DNA of 24,000 bases from Pseudanabaena sp. FACHB-2040 (GTDB lineage Bacteria > Cyanobacteriota > Cyanobacteriia > Phormidesmidales > Phormidesmidaceae): positions 1,226,352 through 1,250,351 of the forward strand of contig NZ_JACJQO010000005.1 of NCBI RefSeq assembly GCF_014696715.1. Direction: 5' to 3'. Shown piece after piece: positions 23,511 through 24,000 of the stretch. The first letter of the stretch is position 1. Every line of letters begins with the position of its first letter. Made by a program: the position numbers and the translations under genes. The notes below the pieces were generated by a model. The model made no database searches. It worked only from the letters and a program-made list of their open reading frames with translations, and had not been told where the DNA came from.

Positions 23511-24000
23511 TCACGGCTCTAAATGGGCTGCTGCTCTTAAAATTGCAGTGCTATCGAGAATCAGGTGGTTTGCTCCGGTGCCTGCCTGCCATACTCCACT
23601 CAAAAAGGGCATCAGACCAGGTTCAGCAAATCCCGTCGGCAGGGGTTGAATAGCCTCTGAAGGAGACGACACCATCCCTTCGACTCGATTGACAATAAGC
23701 CCTAAAGTAGGCCGATTATCTTTGGCCCACTTCTCTGCGGAGCGCGGAGCTTTAATCACAACGGCTGTGTGTTTGGTCATTGAATTGTCCTGCTCGTACC
23801 AGGGGGGCAACCCCAAAAAATGATTGAGATCCATCATCCATAAAACTTCCCCCCGGCAGTTGTAGACGCCCATGACCCAGGGAGCCATTTGGAACATAGG
23901 CACTACCTGGTCAATCGAGATTTTTATAATCTCAACTAGAGTTTTCACTGGCAGCAGAAAAGACAGATCTCCATCTAGATAAATCTGCAGAAACTGTTCT
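23511..24000 (-). CDS. CheW-like coupling protein (PixI/PilI/HmpC type), 5' end beyond the window
   Basis: The ORF track starts it at a GTG (23948). The reading frame stays open to the window edge: upstream codons read EQFLQIYLDGDLSFLLP before VKTLVEIIKISIDQVVPMFQMAPWVMGVYNCRGEVLWMMDLNHFLGL. That is the usual CheW N-terminal strand, so the true start lies beyond 24000. Confidence 0.9.
   Translation of the reverse strand, partial: EQFLQIYLDGDLSFLLPVKTLVEIIKISIDQVVPMFQMAPWVMGVYNCRGEVLWMMDLNHFLGLPPWYEQDNSMTKHTAVVIKAPRSAEKWAKDNRPTLGLIVNRVEGMVSSPSEAIQPLPTGFAEPGLMPFLSGVWQAGTGANHLILDSTAILRAAAHLEP

Noticed and set aside
1-24000. Search by eye for tRNA/rRNA genes, CRISPR repeats, IS ends, transposase/integrase genes, reverse transcriptase/DGR, toxin-antitoxin or defence-system gene sets
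   Set aside because: I found none. There is no T-loop GGTTCGAATCC-type motif in an intergenic context. There are no spaced direct repeats beyond the 17-nt tandem at 7542. Every long ORF is accounted for by housekeeping, photosynthesis or chemosensory families. A covariance-model scan (tRNAscan/Infernal) would be the decisive check for small RNAs.

Overview
This is a core chromosomal segment of a cyanobacterium. The evidence is 17 copies of the HIP1 octamer GCGATCGC plus photosystem II, NDH-1 and cytochrome b6f genes.

Gene content, left to right:
- (i) 1-1763: a minus-strand run of small membrane proteins. These are the N-terminal fragment of a signal-peptide protein, a DUF948/YtxG-like protein, a YtxH-like protein and a 2-TM hypothetical.
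- (ii) 1917-4097: a DUF1565-type beta-helix protein carrying six SLH repeats.
- (iii) 4184-9576: a dense photosynthesis block, psb28-moaB, ndhJ-ndhK-ndhC (minus strand) and rubA-ycf48-psbE-psbF-psbL-psbJ. psbF, psbL and psbJ fall below the ORF-track size cut-off and were found by translating the sequence.
- (iv) 9628-16505: mixed housekeeping and stress genes. These are a secreted metallophosphoesterase, a TonB-like protein, dinB, an atypical Hsp20, an ABM-like protein, a small basic protein and rsmB.
- (v) 16596-16880: petN plus an unlisted 55-aa membrane ORF, closed by a strong terminator.
- (vi) 16960-24000: a Tax/Pix/Hmp-type chemosensory operon on the minus strand. It contains a cheW-like gene that runs off the window edge, a GAF-containing MCP and a hybrid CheA-REC kinase.

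I found no rRNA, tRNA, CRISPR array, transposase, integrase, phage genes or recognisable defence island. I cannot make a convincing case for a wholly new multi-gene system.

The most unusual items are:
- the MCP's cyanobacteriochrome-like GAF, which has Glu where the canonical bilin-binding Cys should be but keeps the DXCF cysteine;
- a 152-nt strand-asymmetric G-rich/C-rich spacer between the MCP and cheA genes;
- the duplicated 3xSLH cassette on a protein with no signal peptide;
- the YtxH/DUF948 membrane module;
- the unlisted small ORF after petN.

All family assignments come from motif recognition by eye. No database search was run.
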